From Vitrella brassicaformis CCMP3155 (lineage: Eukaryota; Protista; Chromerida): a stretch of 64,000 nucleotides of DNA. Numbering within the stretch: position 1 is the first letter of the stretch; every line of letters starts with the position of its first letter. The stretch is from assembly GCA_001179505.1 (NCBI GenBank), contig CDMY01000840.1:186001-250000 (forward strand), in the 5' to 3' direction. A program made the position numbers and the translations under genes. Below the pieces are notes generated by a model, which saw nothing but the letters and a program-made list of their open reading frames with translations, did not search any database and was not told where the DNA came from. This document shows positions 10,576 through 23,343 of the stretch, in pieces.

Positions 10576-13500
10576 CTAAGGTAGATGTCGGCCGTCGACA
10601 AGGGTGGCAGATTCGGTGGCCTTCCCACGCCCCTCTCTGCACCACACACATGCATGGCACAACCCACCCATAATGAAAAATGCCGCCATACACGTGTTTC
10701 TTGCCTTGATACATACCATGTGGCGTAGGCGTCTCTCTCTTGCTGGTTGGTTCATTCCTGCCCGACACTTGGCGCCTGGGTGCCAGTGGCTGCTGCCGCG
10801 GATTGGGAGGGGTGAGGGGGAGGGGCTCCATCGGCTGGGGCGACTGGGCCACCCTGCCTGTGTACACCTGCACGCACACACACAGAGAGAGAGAGATAGC
10901 TAATGCCGGTCAGGCATTCTATTCTCGCACTTTGCTGAAGACTCACTCGTTCGACCTTCATCCTGTCTCTGCTGTTCCGCCGCCTTGGCTGCTTGCTGCC
11001 AAGCCCGTTTGCATTCGCCAGCTGGCCCTGCTGCTGGTTGGGCCGCAAGTATGGCAGATAGGCCTTTCTGCACACACAGAGCCAAATGAATGAATGCAGT
11101 GTGGTCGATAAACAAATCGACATAGGTCACTTACTGCATCGGCTTGTTCCGATTGGCCCTCTGATCCCTCCCGACGGGCGGCTGGGACAGCGCGCGATGA
11201 CCCCCGCCTCCCCTGTCCCCCAAGCTGTCATTGCTGTGCGTCCTCGACTGAGCACCCGACTGCTGTCTCGACACATTTCTGCTCCCCACACCGTTAGGCT
11301 GTTGCAGCCTCTGCTGGTTGCTACCAGGGGCTGCAGGCGGCCGTCTTCTAAAGCGCTCTGGTGACCCGTCGAAAGCTATACGCGGGCGGGGGCTTGAGTG
11401 GGGTGAGGAGAGCAGCCCGGCATTGGTGGGGCGGTCGGAGACAGACAGGGGGTAGGGGCGGGGGCGGCCGCAGCGGTCTGCATGAACGTCGCGGAGAGGG
11501 GCCTGAGGAGCACCACACAGAGAAGGCGAGACGTCCAGATGTCTTTCTCTTTGCGTGCGTGTCTCCGTCTCTCACCCACCGGTGAGGGCGTGATGGACCG
11601 CTCATCGCCAGAGCAGACAGACTGGTCGGTCTGTCGCCTGACGGGCCCCCTGGTGGTCCGATCGTCCTCCACAGACACGCTCGCGGTGCTCTCATCATGC
11701 TGCTGCTGTTGCTGCTGCTGCTGCACGGGGGGCTGCCGCCGCGCACCCGGGGGCTCCGAGTGCGCCAGCTTGGAGTGACTAGCGATTCGCTGAAGACCCT
11801 TGATCTTACGAGGATCCGGCACTGGCACCTCCTTCAACTGAGACGCAGACACAGAGCCATTAATTAATGCACAGAGATCGATGGATGTGTCTGGATGAAT
11901 GGCATGGCCATTCTCACCTCTGAGTTGAGGTATGCCTCGCTCGGGTTTCGCTCCATAGTGGTCTTGGCTTCACGATTGCCGGGCGCCTGGCTGACCAGCC
12001 CCCGGGGGCTGGGCCGCTTGCGAGTGCGCGGAGACGGGACGCCTGTCGTCCACTCGGCGGTGGTCTTGCAGGGCAGGTACGATGGCGGCTTGGACGCCTC
12101 CAGCTTCTGCAGCTGCTCCGAGGACAAGAGGGCCTCTCTCTCCTTGATCATGTTGTCCCGCAGGCGGATTTGCAGACGAAGATTCTCGATCTCCAGGTCC
12201 CTTTGCTCGAGCACGGAAGCGTTCATGTTGTTGATCTCCTGCAGCTCGATGTTGCCCAGCTCCACCACATGGGCGCGGAATAGCAGCTGGAGGAAGGCGC
12301 GCATGTCGTCGTTCTTGACACGGCGCGGCAGCTCGTTCTGCAGCTTCTGCAGCTGCGCGTAGTTCTGCCTGAGCCGGTCCTCGACCTCGGCCTTCTTCTG
12401 CTGATTGCTGGCGAGGTTCTGGTTGACGTGCCTCATCCGGTCGGTGATCTGTTTGATCTCCTTGGGCGTCTCGTCACCCGCACCGTCTCTTTTGGCCTCC
12501 CACCGGGATATGGCCACCTGCGCGCGGCTCTTCTCGATCTTGTTCTCGGTGAGCAGCCTGTCCAGGTCTATGAGGTTCCGTTTGAGCTGCAGCTTCTCCT
12601 CGAAGTGCTGCATGATCTCCTGCCGCCACATCTCGGACTCAACCTGCTCCATCCGCTCGTCATGCGCACCAGCGCCGATGGGGCCGTCCAGGGCAAACGA
12701 ATGAGGCTGCTGACGTGGCACATAAGGGAAAAGGGCGACATCGGTCGGTCATCCTTCATCTCATCTGTGTGTGGTTAGCGATCTTACGTTTTCCCTCTGT
12801 GAGCTGAGTTTGGCCTTTAGCTCGGTGATCTCTGTGCGCAGCTCCTCAATGATCTTCTGGTACTTGGCAACGTGGAAGTCGACCTTCAGCACATTGCGCG
12901 TCACCTTTGTCTTGATATTCTTCGCTCTGATAGATAGATGGACGAGACACAGACAGACAGACGGACACACAGGTGGACGGAGGCCTGAGTGAGTCGAGTC
13001 GCCAGCGCCAGTCGAGCTCGGCTTGCCTGTTGGCGTATTTGAGCGTGTTGTGTGTGTCCTCAAACTGGATATGGCTGGGGCTGATGTTTGCTATCATCAC
13101 CGTCCGGCAGTTGCCGCCGAGGGAGTCTTTCAGCAATCTTGTGAGTTTGCTGTCCCGGTAGGGGATGAATGTCCCCTTGCCGTGCTTGGACCGGTCCGCC
13201 AGGGCGTTGATGACGTTACCAAGCGCCAGCAGAGAGCGGTTGATGTTGGCCCCCTCGATCATTCGGATGCCGCGATTGTTGGTCTGAGAGGCTCGTTCGC
13301 TGCCCGCCAGGTCTATCATGCTCAGCTTGCCAACATGGAACCTGCAAAAGGCACCCAAAGCCGATACATACAGCACACTCAATGCTCGTTGTGCCATCCA
13401 TGCTCACTTGGCCTGCACGCCTTGGCCCTTCTCCTTCTCTTGCACTGTCACTTGCAGCACTGCATGTGACCGGGAACTGGTCTGGTTGGCGTCAGTGGGC

Positions 13501-14607
13501 TCCTGCGTCCGATTGCGATTGCCCGCCAACAAGAGGTCCATGACCTCGGCTGCACTGTCAGCGCTGAACTCGGAAATGCCTGCGACAGTGATGCCCTTGA
13601 CGGGGTCCTCTCGCACATCGAGGTAGTCGGATGACGGCTGCAGGAGGTCTCGGATGTTCTCGTTGTATATCTCAAGGAAGCTGCACTTGACCTCGAAGCC
13701 ACGCTCGTCGGTCTGTGAGTCCATCTGGGAGAAGAGGTCCTGCAGCGTCATGTACATGATGCCCGGCTCCTTGTAAGATCCCAGCATCGTGAAGGTCTTG
13801 CCAGCACCTGCAAATAAATGACTCCCCATGACGTACGTATACAGTGGTGCGGGCGGCACTGCCTGTCTCCGTGTCTCTGTCGGTCTACGTACCTGTTGCC
13901 CCATAAGCGAAGACAGTTGCGTTGAATCCCTGCAGGACTCCGCTGATGAGGAAGTTGGTCGTGTTGTTGTACACTGTCCGCTGCGGAGTCGTCTCGTCAA
14001 AGACATGATCAAACGCATACCTACGCAGCCACCGACACACAAAAAGATAGACAAACATCAATCACATTGATGGAATGACCGCCTTCTTGATTGTCTCCTC
14101 ACCGTTTCTCCTTGGACCGGTTTTGCCTCAGCGCGTCGAGCACCGGCTGTCCGTGCTGATCTATCTGCCCTTGTGAAGGGTCGATGAGTATCACCACTTT
14201 CCCGTCAATGATCCGCACCGCATGCTTCACGCCCTCCCTCACCTCCCGTGGCTGCAGCGGCCGGCACCGAACAGCCACCAGCACGTTTGACTGACCCTTG
14301 CCCAGCTCGTCAACGTACTCATCTGCACCAATATACCCAACAGTGAAGCAAAGCACAAATGATACTGACAGCGAGACGCTCAGTGAGCCTTGTTGGTCGT
14401 CTCACCTGTTTCAATATCGCCGCTGGCCCCGTCAGGCTGCCATTCTCCGTGCTCGTCCGGTAAGGGACTGTCATTGCGAGGCTGCGAGTCGCTGCTACAT
14501 GGCCGCTGCAGCATGGGAGAGGCGCCCTGCGGCAGCGCCTTGCCCTGCTTGGACTTGCTCTTCCACGGGACCTTCCTCCTCTCTTCGGTGTCCGGGTCAC
14601 TCACCAT
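10576..14607 (-). CDS. Kinesin-8 family (KIF18/KIF19-like) motor protein
   Basis: VAVRCRP, YAFDHVF, FAYGAT|GAGKTFTM (P-loop), [61 protein letters not shown], followed by coiled coil and a low-complexity tail. The 3' end is approximate. Confidence 0.9.
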
Positions 14608-14803
14608 GTTGCTGACATGGGGGCCGATAAACAAAGAAATCGTGTGAGCAACGCGTCCGTTAGGTAAGGAAAGAGAACAACAGGGTGACGCTGACCCAAA
14701 ATCACTCCCCGTCTCCAATTTGCGAGCTTCATTTGTAAACTCTTTTCTCCCCGGCACACACACAAAACGCGCACAAAACTCGTGGCGCACGGCCGCATTG
14801 TCT

Positions 14804-16450
14804 CTATGTCCTCACAGGCTCGACGTCATATCCCGTCCCTTCCCACCAGTACTTCGGTGACGATTCTATCTTGCCCGTCAGCAGCTCATGCCCCACCCCG
14901 TCGTCAGTGATCAGAATGGTGTGCTCAAACTGGGCTGACCGCTTCCCGTCCTTGGTCGTCACCGTCCACTGATCGGGCCATGTGATGTACTCGCCAGATC
15001 CTGTATGCAGTGCAGCCATGCACAAGACAACACTACACTGCTGGACAGACACCTGGCGCATCTGTTCGGGTGATGTCGGCTGACCTTCGTTGATCATAGG
15101 TTCGATGGTGAATGTGTGGCCCGGCCGCATCTCGCCGCGGACGCTGTTTGGGACGTGGTGGATCTCAGGCTGGTCGTGAAACATCCGGCCGATCCCGTGA
15201 CCGCAAAACCCCGGAGTCGAATCGTACCCGTACGACCGAACGTACTCGTAGATGGTCTGCACACAGACAGACAACGGAGATTGGGAGCCGTTTGCGTGTG
15301 TCGCTTTTCTCAGCCCTGGCTCTCCGCTGACCTTTCCGATGTTCTTGTACGGTGTTCCCGGCTTGCAGAGCTTGATGGCCTCCTGCCAGGCATCATATGT
15401 GACCTTGACGAGCCTCCTGCCCTCCTCGTCAACACCATCGGGACTGCCGACCAGAAAAGTCTCAGAACAGTCACCGTGAAAACCTGACTCACACACCCAG
15501 ACAACACACCACACCGCCTGCAGGCATCTCTCTCGCATGTATCCCTCCCTGCCCGTCATATGTCCGCCTGACCCTCGAAGTAGGTGGTGACGTCGACATT
15601 GACAATGTCGCCCTCGCACAGAACGGTGCTGTCGGGGATGCCGTGGCAGATGACCTCATTGGCAGACGTGCACACGCTTTTCGGGAACCCGCGGTAGCCC
15701 AGGGGCGAGGGGTAGGCGTTCCGCTCTATCGCTGCCTCGTGCACTAGCGCATCAATCTCGTCGGTTGTCACGCCCGGCTGCACAGCCCTGCCGGCGATGT
15801 CCAGCACCTCACGGGCTATGCGACCTACAGACACACCACACAGAGGGAGGGAGGGAGGGATAGAGAGGTGACTTACACGAATGAACCGTAGGTAGATACA
15901 CCATCCATCCGTGCTGCTTCGGCTCACCTGCCCGCCTCATGCCCTCAATCTCTTCAGGGCTCTTCTGCGGTATCCACCCCAGAATGTTCTTGACCGGCGG
16001 CAGCCCACCCACATAATCAGGACGAGGGATCTCCCGTGGCACTTCCCTCCTCGGCGACAACTTGCCCGGCCGCAGTCCACCCGAGAAGCGAAAGCCGCCA
16101 TGCACAGCCTTCGACGAGTCGCTTCTCGCACTTTTTGGCTTCTTCTTCTTGACCACTTTGGTCTCTGCGCCGAAGCCGATGCCGCTCGCGGTTGCGCCGC
16201 CCTGCCTGGCCCTGAGCTGATGCAGGGATGGTCTGGGGGAGGAGAGTTGAGGGGAAAGGGGAATGAATGCACACGCTGAGGGGATGGCTAGGGTGCAGAT
16301 GACAAAGCCAGATAGAGGAAAGACGGAAGTGCGGCTCCTGTGCCGGTGGGAGGACCTTCTCGGCCTTTCTGGAGGCTCATCTGCTTCAGCAGCTGCACAA
16401 CTTGGCTCCTTTCGCTGCATGGTCGGCTCACGCGGACGCTGCAGCTCCAT
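14804..16450 (-). CDS. MAP1: Methionine aminopeptidase type 1, probably plastid-targeted
   Basis: [47 protein letters not shown] (metal ligands D,D,H,E,E). Leader has hydrophobic [15 protein letters not shown] followed by an S/R/K-rich transit-like stretch. Confidence 0.92.
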
Positions 16451-16468
16451 CTTGGCTCCAGGCAAAGG

Positions 16469-16490
16469 GCGAGCTCAGACGCGAGCTGAG
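16469..16490 (+). promoter_or_regulatory. Two GCGAGCTNAG elements in the MAP1/SURNod19 divergent spacer
   Basis: GCGAGCTCAG 16469-16478 and GCGAGCTGAG 16481-16490. Confidence 0.45.
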
Positions 16491-16602
16491 AATTTTGGCC
16501 AGCGCCGGAAAGACCTCCAAATCCGTCGCCGCTTATTGGTGTGCCCCAGGGATACGTTCGTGCCCGTATAGACCCTGTACCACTCATCGCTCAAGCCGGA
16601 GG

Positions 16603-18189
16603 ATGCGTGTCGCCGTTGTTCTTCCGCTCCTCGCCCTCCTCTCGCCGGCATCTGCCATCCATCAATATGCATCCCATTTCATCCCCACAGAGGGCGGCAG
16701 CGGCCTTAAACTGTCGTTCAGCCACCACAAGACCACCCAGCTCACCGACAATGAGAAGGAGGCAACCTTTCTGAGCGACTCATTTCCAGTGGGACCGGGC
16801 GATGTGCTCAACACCAACCCGCTTCATGTGCCTGTGGCGATGCCTGAGGGCCCGATTGCGGTGCGAGGGATGTGGGGTGAGGTGGTCGATGACAAGAACG
16901 TGAGCGTGCCGCTGTCCGAGGTGTGTCAAGGCCACACACACTCACTCACTCACACACACACATATGCAGCCGAGGGTGTGTGTGTGCGTCTTCAGGTCTA
17001 CCTTCACCACTTCCTCATCTACTTTGCGGCGAAGGGCGAGAAGCTCAACTTCACTAAGGTCTTGGCAGTGGGCGCCGAAACCAGAGGTAAGGGTCAGATC
17101 AGCTGTCGGTGTGTCGGTCTGTCATTGCCAACTGGGTGTGCCTTACGTGTGACTTACTTACTTGTGCATCTCATCTGCCTGATGTGTGTGTACATTGCAG
17201 GTACCCCTATCTTCAGTTTGAAGGCCCCCTACGCATTCACGACCACGGGCGACGAGAGCTGGTACCTGAACGTCCACATCTTGCGGACCGACAACGTCAC
17301 CAATGTTCCGGCATGCATCCAGTGCCGCTGCGCCCCTGACGGTCGCCACGGCTCGCTTCTCTGCTGCCAGGACGGCACGCACTGCCACACCTCCTTCGAC
17401 CCGTTCGTGACGGCCAACGACACCGACCCCTTCGATGACCCCACCTACTGCCCGGATTGCAACTCCAACCCCAAAGACATCTTCGGTCCGCCCATCCGCA
17501 ACTTCATCCCTCGGCCAGCCGCCAAGCACTACCGCATACGGTATGTGGTGCGCTACGCCGACCTCACGGCCGACGTCAAGCCCGTCCGTCTCCTTGGCAT
17601 GGACGCCGTGCACGGCAAGGTCGAGTACAATGTCTACCCATGCGCCAAGGCCGCTGGAGGTGCGTCAGCTCCGAGTGGACCTCTTGCCGTCATGAAGCAG
17701 CGCCGGCTGCTTGCTGAGGACGCCTCGTGTGTTGACGTCAAGGAGCAGACGGCTGTTGTCAATGACAATTTTGAGATCGTGGAGCTCCGCGGCCACATGC
17801 ACGTGGGCGCCATCAACGCAACCTTCACCGCCTTTCACGACACGGCCGAGCAGTGGCGGTGCGAGATGCGCGTGCTGTACGGCAGCACCGAGAGCAAGGC
17901 CGGCGACGAGGCGGGTTACGTCACGGGCATTTCGCCATGCTCCTACCATAACGGCGAGCGGCTGGTGAAGACAGGCGATAGGCTGCACTTCACGGCGCGC
18001 TACAAGAGGGACAAGCACTACGCCGGCGTGATGGGAGGGCTGTTCATGACGGCGCACTTCCCCGGCGACCCCTTCGCATCGACAGTGGGCTACTGGCAGG
18101 ACCGGGCGCTGACCCCGCTCAAGGATGACCAAGATGACGGGCTGGAGGCCGTGCCTGCCGATGCACCGATCAACGAATACCGTGTCTGA
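16603..18189 (+). CDS. Secreted stress up-regulated Nod19 (SURNod19)-like / PHM-PNGase-F-fold protein
   Basis: Signal peptide [18 protein letters not shown]. Motifs GEVVDD..VPLSEVYLHH, GAETR, LNVH, C..CRC, CC.D..HC, GHMHVGA, YG....[14 protein letters not shown] and AGVMG match SURNod19 motifs as remembered. Confidence 0.75.
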   Translation: MRVAVVLPLLALLSPASAIHQYASHFIPTEGGSGLKLSFSHHKTTQLTDNEKEATFLSDSFPVGPGDVLNTNPLHVPVAMPEGPIAVRGMWGEVVDDKNVSVPLSEVCQGHTHSLTHTHTYAAEGVCVRLQVYLHHFLIYFAAKGEKLNFTKVLAVGAETRGKGQISCRCVGLSLPTGCALRVTYLLVHLICLMCVYIAGTPIFSLKAPYAFTTTGDESWYLNVHILRTDNVTNVPACIQCRCAPDGRHGSLLCCQDGTHCHTSFDPFVTANDTDPFDDPTYCPDCNSNPKDIFGPPIRNFIPRPAAKHYRIRYVVRYADLTADVKPVRLLGMDAVHGKVEYNVYPCAKAAGGASAPSGPLAVMKQRRLLAEDASCVDVKEQTAVVNDNFEIVELRGHMHVGAINATFTAFHDTAEQWRCEMRVLYGSTESKAGDEAGYVTGISPCSYHNGERLVKTGDRLHFTARYKRDKHYAGVMGGLFMTAHFPGDPFASTVGYWQDRALTPLKDDQDDGLEAVPADAPINEYRV

Positions 18190-18360
18190 GCCAATCAGTG
18201 TGGCTGTGGGAGAGACGGCACATGCATTGCAGAGATGTGCGTTTGGCCGGCGGTTCGATTGGCTTTGGGTGGGCGAGTGGGTTGATGCATTTCGTGATCT
18301 TTTTGCGTCCGTCTGCCTCTCGCCACAATCGTGACTGGGAGGGGGAGACGAGCGTTGCTG

Positions 18361-18385
18361 GCCGACTGGCCGACGGCCAGTCGGC
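18361..18385. repeat. Perfect 11-bp inverted repeat (hairpin) in the SURNod19 3' region
   Basis: GCCGACTGGCC-GAC-GGCCAGTCGGC. Confidence 0.8.
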
Positions 18386-18974
18386 GGCCTAATTGGGTGC
18401 CGTGACCTGGCTGCAGTTGTGTGGGCGCGTTGTGTACACAGATGGATGTGTGTGTTGTATGGCCAGGCAGGCTCGTAGCAGAGGAGGGGGTTCGTGTGAG
18501 CGCCTTTTGATCAAGTAGGATGGTTTTTGGGTAGTTTTCGTGTGTGTGGGTGTGTGTGTGGTTGAGTGTGTGTATGTGTGTTGGTGTCAAAGACGGGCTA
18601 TCAATGAATGACACAAAAGCATTTGAAAGGCGCATTCACATCTGGTTGGCTCGCGGCTGTCACGATAGACCAACTCCCCAGTCCGTCGACATCGTGTGGT
18701 TGCAGAGGTATATATATTACACATACGCACACGCTGCCCATTCATCTTGTTGCTTGAGTTGGCGTGCTGATGCCCCCATCGGCAACGGTGGTCATGCACA
18801 GCGATGTTTGCGGTGCAGGACCGGCATTACCCACAGGGGCATCAGCAGCATCCAACCACAGCACGGCAGGAGGGAAGAGTTCAATCCATAACATTGGGAA
18901 AGGTATCTATCTACACAAAGCTGCCACAAGACAGTCTCTCAGCTAGCAAACACACGGGGAGAGAAACTCTTCCG

Positions 18975-19573
18975 TCACCTGCACAGACAGCATCACACAC
19001 CAGCACCACCATAAAAGAGACACGACACGAACACCCATGAGACGCCCTCTGTCCCCACACAGCTCCCTCCCCTGTCACCCACCGTCGTGGCAGCATCTTG
19101 CGGCTGACGCATGTCTTCTCGTTGTGCTCCTCGGCGCACCGCATCGAGCACACAAAGGCCTGGCGGCAGTTGATGCACCGGTACTTGGCGAAGAAGTAAC
19201 ACACGGTGCAGAACCGCCGGGGAGGCAACAAGGACGGCTCCACACTCAGATCCACAAACAGCTGAGCCCTGACAACACCACACGACAAGCAGAGCGAGTG
19301 TGAGATGAAAGATGCTCATGCGACTCACGCACACACACACCCGCGATCTGACTATGGTTGTCACCTGTCCTTGTCTTCCTGCTCCTCCGTGAAGATGTCA
19401 GCGAGTGTCCGCTTGTCATCGTCGCCCTTCCGCCGGACCACAGGCCCTTTGGCGCCTCCCGTGCCGCTGCCTTTCCTCTCGCCGGCGCCTCTCCCGCCGC
19501 CCTTGCGGCGTTTCTTCGGGGCCTCGTCCTCATACTCGTCCTCAGAGTCGTCATCAAAGCGATTCTTGGGCAT
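18975..19573 (-). CDS. ZNHIT1: HIT-type zinc finger protein, ZNHIT1/Vps71/SWC6-like (SWR1 complex)
   Basis: Acidic/basic N-terminus, then PPRRFCTVCYFFAKYRCINCRQAFVCSMRCAEEHNEKTC (zf-HIT preceded by P-x-R-x-F). Confidence 0.7.
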
Positions 19574-19590
19574 TTTCGCGCCCTTCTCGT

Positions 19591-19618
19591 GCGAGCTGAG
19601 CCAGATCTGCGAGCTTAG
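19591..19618 (+). promoter_or_regulatory. Two GCGAGCTNAG elements flanking AGATCT in the ZNHIT1/RBM34 spacer
   Basis: GCGAGCTGAG 19591-19600, AGATCT 19603-19608, GCGAGCTTAG 19609-19618. Confidence 0.45.
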
Positions 19619-19634
19619 CCTCGAAGAAGGAAAG

Positions 19635-21298
19635 ATGAAGCGGAAGGAGATCAGTTCTGATGCTGCTGATGGATCCACCACACAGGTGGATGATGAAGGC
19701 CGGCACGCCAACCTGACACCCGCAGGGAAGAGGAAGGTGCGGCATGTGGCACACTCAGCGACGGATGACTATCAGCCCGGCTTCCTCTCGTCACTCCTGA
19801 GCGGCACGAGCGGAGATGAGCCGCTGAAGAACAAAAAGAAGGCCAAAGAGCCCCGGGATGCCGCAACCGGAGAGCATGCAATGAGTGCAGTGACGGCTCT
19901 GTTCGCACGCCCATCCGCCCCCCTTCCCGCACCAATTGCGCCGCCCACTGACTTACTAGGTGACTCACTCAATCAGCCTGAGAAGCCGCCCGAGAAGATC
20001 ATGAAGAAGAACGCGAAGAAGAAGCAGCAGAAGACAAAGGGTGAGGGTGGCAAGGGTGACGATGACTCTGAGAGGGACTCAAGGACACTCTTCGTCGGCA
20101 ATGTGCCGCTCAATGTCAAGAAAGACAAGGTGCTGGACGCTCTGGGTGTCGGAAAGCCGGATGTTGAATCGGTGAGAGTGACTTACGAGTGTGTTCACTC
20201 GAGCTCTGGGGTGTCTGTGACATTCACTGTGTGGGTATGCTATGCTTGCCGTTTCAGCTTCGTTTTCGGTCGGTGCCTGTCTCCCCCAAGTGGATGAACC
20301 AGAGGAAGGCGGGAGTTATCAAGAAAGAATATGCGGTCACGGCACGTCGTGACACACACAAGGGGCCCGAACGAAATTATGCTTCCAATTGCGTGTGTGT
20401 GTGTGTGTCTATCAGGGTACGGCCGGCAGCCAGGTGGCGTATGTTGTGTTCCGGGAGAAGGAGGGGCTTGAGGAGTTCCTGCAGCGTAGGGATGACATTG
20501 AGCTGAGCGGCCATCTCCTGCGGCTCGACCGGGCAGACAGCGGCAGCGCATTCAGCGTAGGATAGCAACGACAGTGACAGATGTGTCCACACGTATGTAT
20601 CTAGATGGTCTCTCCCCGTTCCCTTCTGTGTCGTGCTCACGCACGCAGAAATTCGACCGGAAACGAAGTGTTTTTGTGGGCGGTCTGCCTCGTGAAGCGC
20701 AGGAGGATGATGTGCGTCAGCATTTCTCCCAAGTTGGGCCTGTCAAGGGTGAGTGACGGACACGAGCATGCCACGAAAGACATGACAATACGTGCTGCCT
20801 TTTGTGTCATTTCAGCGGTTCGCATCATTCGCGACAAGGCGACCTTCATGTGCAAGGGCATTGGCTTTGTTCACTTCGCCGACCGATCACACGTCGTCAA
20901 GGCCATACAGCAGCTGCACCAACAGCCATTCGGCCCATTGGTGAGCTCTGGAATACACCAGCCGCGTGTCATCCTTCTCTGTGCGCTGCTCCTTCTCTGT
21001 GTCATCCTTTCTTCAGGAGCGGCCACTGCGGGTGACGAAGGTCTTGACAGAGGAGGCGGCGAAATTGCAGAAGGAGCAGACCAGCATGAGGAAACCTGGC
21101 AAGAGGAAGGCGGCTCGTGCGGCCCCCAAAGTGCACCCAGCAGAGCGGCGCATACAGAAGAAATTGCCGGTCGGTGTGGGCAAGGTGGAGGGGAGGGAGG
21201 GCGCACGTGCAACCACGATGAAAAAGGCTAGGAGTATGATGGATCGCTGGAAGAAAAGGGCAAAGGGAAAGGGTTCTGTGAGGAAGCAAGCCAAGTGA
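19635..21298 (+). CDS. RBM34: Nucleolar two-RRM protein RBM34/Nop12
   Basis: RTLFVGNVP, VESVRFRSVP, AYVVF, LRLDRA, RSVFVGGLP, VRIIRDKAT..KGIGFVHF, RPLRV; Lys-rich termini. Confidence 0.85.
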
Positions 21299-21393
21299 GT
21301 GAGTGACTGAGTGAGGGAGTAGGCTGCTGTGTACATGTGTACAGTGAGACGTCCTTGTGTCCGACAAATGCATTTCGATTCCATTGCAATGCA

Positions 21394-23139
21394 TCAAGCC
21401 ACATCCTCTCCATCCCTATCTCGATGATAAGCCGCAAGGATGTCGTCCAGGTCCTGCCGCCACCTGCGCGCACATTCCATCCACGCAAATCGACATTGTA
21501 CAGCCGCACCCCACCCCCCCCGCTCACCTGCTTATCTTCCATGCCGGCTTCAAATCGACGTCGGTCTGATCGATCAACAAATCAAAACACATACTCATGG
21601 GCCAGTAGCCCGTCAGTGAGCACATGCGCGTCTCTCACTTCATGCTGTTCCTTACCACCATCACACGATACCACACCTCTATGTCTCCACTCTGATACGG
21701 CACTCGCTGATACCGCCGACTTGTCAGTGCGTCACGAAGCGACTCGTCGCTCTCCGGCGTGACAGCAAGGTTCACCATCAAGCTGACGTCCATAAAAGTC
21801 CGAGCCATAAGGTACCGAGCCACCCATTCCACAGCCGCACTGCTCGAGGTGGGCGTCCGGACAATCGCCTGGCCGGCTTGATGATGTCGGTATTGCAGTG
21901 TGTTCCAGCCATTGTCTGCGTGAGGGAGGACGTCAGAGGGACTCACAACTGTGAGCAGCCCCGGGAGATCAGTTTGTGATGCATTGAAGAAGGAGAGGAC
22001 CGCCTGAAGGACAGGCAACATCAATCACTCGACACATCAACGTGCCGATGTCTCACCTGGTCGTATATAGCCGCAGCTTCTTCAGAGTCCCCAGGGTCTA
22101 CTTTCTGCCTGTCCTCCTCGGTCATGCTCGCGTAGACGTCCTCGGCTGTCTTTTGCTGCCCCGCGCCCCAAGATTGAGCTGCCAGAAGCCCAACCAAGAG
22201 GTCGCCGACCAGAGGCGGCGTCTCTCCCTCCCCCGCAAAGATCGGCGTCAGCACATCCAGCAGGAACTGCCGTTTCTCGCCTGGGATACTTGCTTGATGT
22301 TCTGAGGACTGTTGGCCCTTCCGTCTTTCGTTGAAGTATCGGAAGTTATTGCGCGGCACGTCCATGATGGCCATCAGGGCACGTTGAAAGCGCGAAGCGT
22401 CCAAAGAGTGGAAATCTGCCGGATTATAGGCACTTCTTTGGGCGAATCGAGGGTCCGGATTGGCCTTCTCCTTCATGACGAAACGAGTCGGCAGATTCTC
22501 GACATCGACCAGGCCGCACTTGGGCTTGATCTCGAGAGAGATGATCTGTACGCTCTCGGCGTCACGAGGGAGGGAAGACGTGGCAAGGTCCTCTTCCTGC
22601 ATCCATCCAAACATACATACCATGGGGGGTGCGGGTATCTATAGCCAGTGCGACAGATAGCTCCCTGCAGACACCTGTTTGTCTGTCTGTCTGTCTGTCT
22701 GCAGACCTGCGTGGCTTCAATGTAGTCGTCGTGTCCAAGGGACAATACTCCCGGCTCTCCCTCTTGCAGTCGGTGGGCAGGTCTGTGTGTTTCTGCCCGA
22801 GCAAACAGGGCACTCACGAAAGGAATCGGGAGACGGACAACCTTGCTGTCGTACGAGTAGCGGGGCGTCAGGAGGGCCCTCGAGAGACCAACTAGGTGCC
22901 GCTTGGCGCGGGCGACTCGGGGGTGCTTCTTTGGGACCCGCAGGACGCAGCCCCTGAAAGGATGAGAATCAGAGCCGCGGAACCCGAACACAACTGAAGG
23001 AAGCAGAAAGGCCCATGTAAGAGAGAGCTCCGTGCGTGTGTGCGAGTGTGAAAGCCGTCTGCGTACCGTGCAGGCCGCCTTCTGCGATGTATTGCCAGTC
23101 CTCCGGTGTGAGGTCGTCCTCCGGTGTGAGGTCCGACAT
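21394..23139 (-). CDS. IPK1: Inositol-pentakisphosphate 2-kinase
   Basis: WQYIAEGGLH (EG motif), VLRVPK, RP..R, SLEIKPK, YNPADF, PRNNFR, DVSLMV, TDVDLKP. Last exon ends ...GEDVA-TGA. Confidence 0.8.
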
Positions 23140-23343
23140 GACATGAGGGTCTGTGACGCTGAGACGTACGTGTACGCAACTGCGGTGCCAAGAATAGACA
23201 CTGTCTCGGGTGTCAGATTAGTGCGACAACCTGCCGTTGACCGTTAGATACAAGACACATTTTTTGATACGTCCCATGCAATATATATGTCACATCTCAT
23301 CAGTCCTCATTCAGCACAAACACATGCACACCCCCGTCGTCAG

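Noticed and set aside
22597-22706. Apparent frame conflict or in-frame TAG in IPK1 if two tiny introns are assumed
   Set aside because: A single 110-nt intron joins ...IEATQ|EEDL... in frame with no stop.
23104-23136. Short tandem duplication (DLTPED x2) at the IPK1 N-terminus
   Set aside because: Ordinary slippage in a non-conserved N-terminus.
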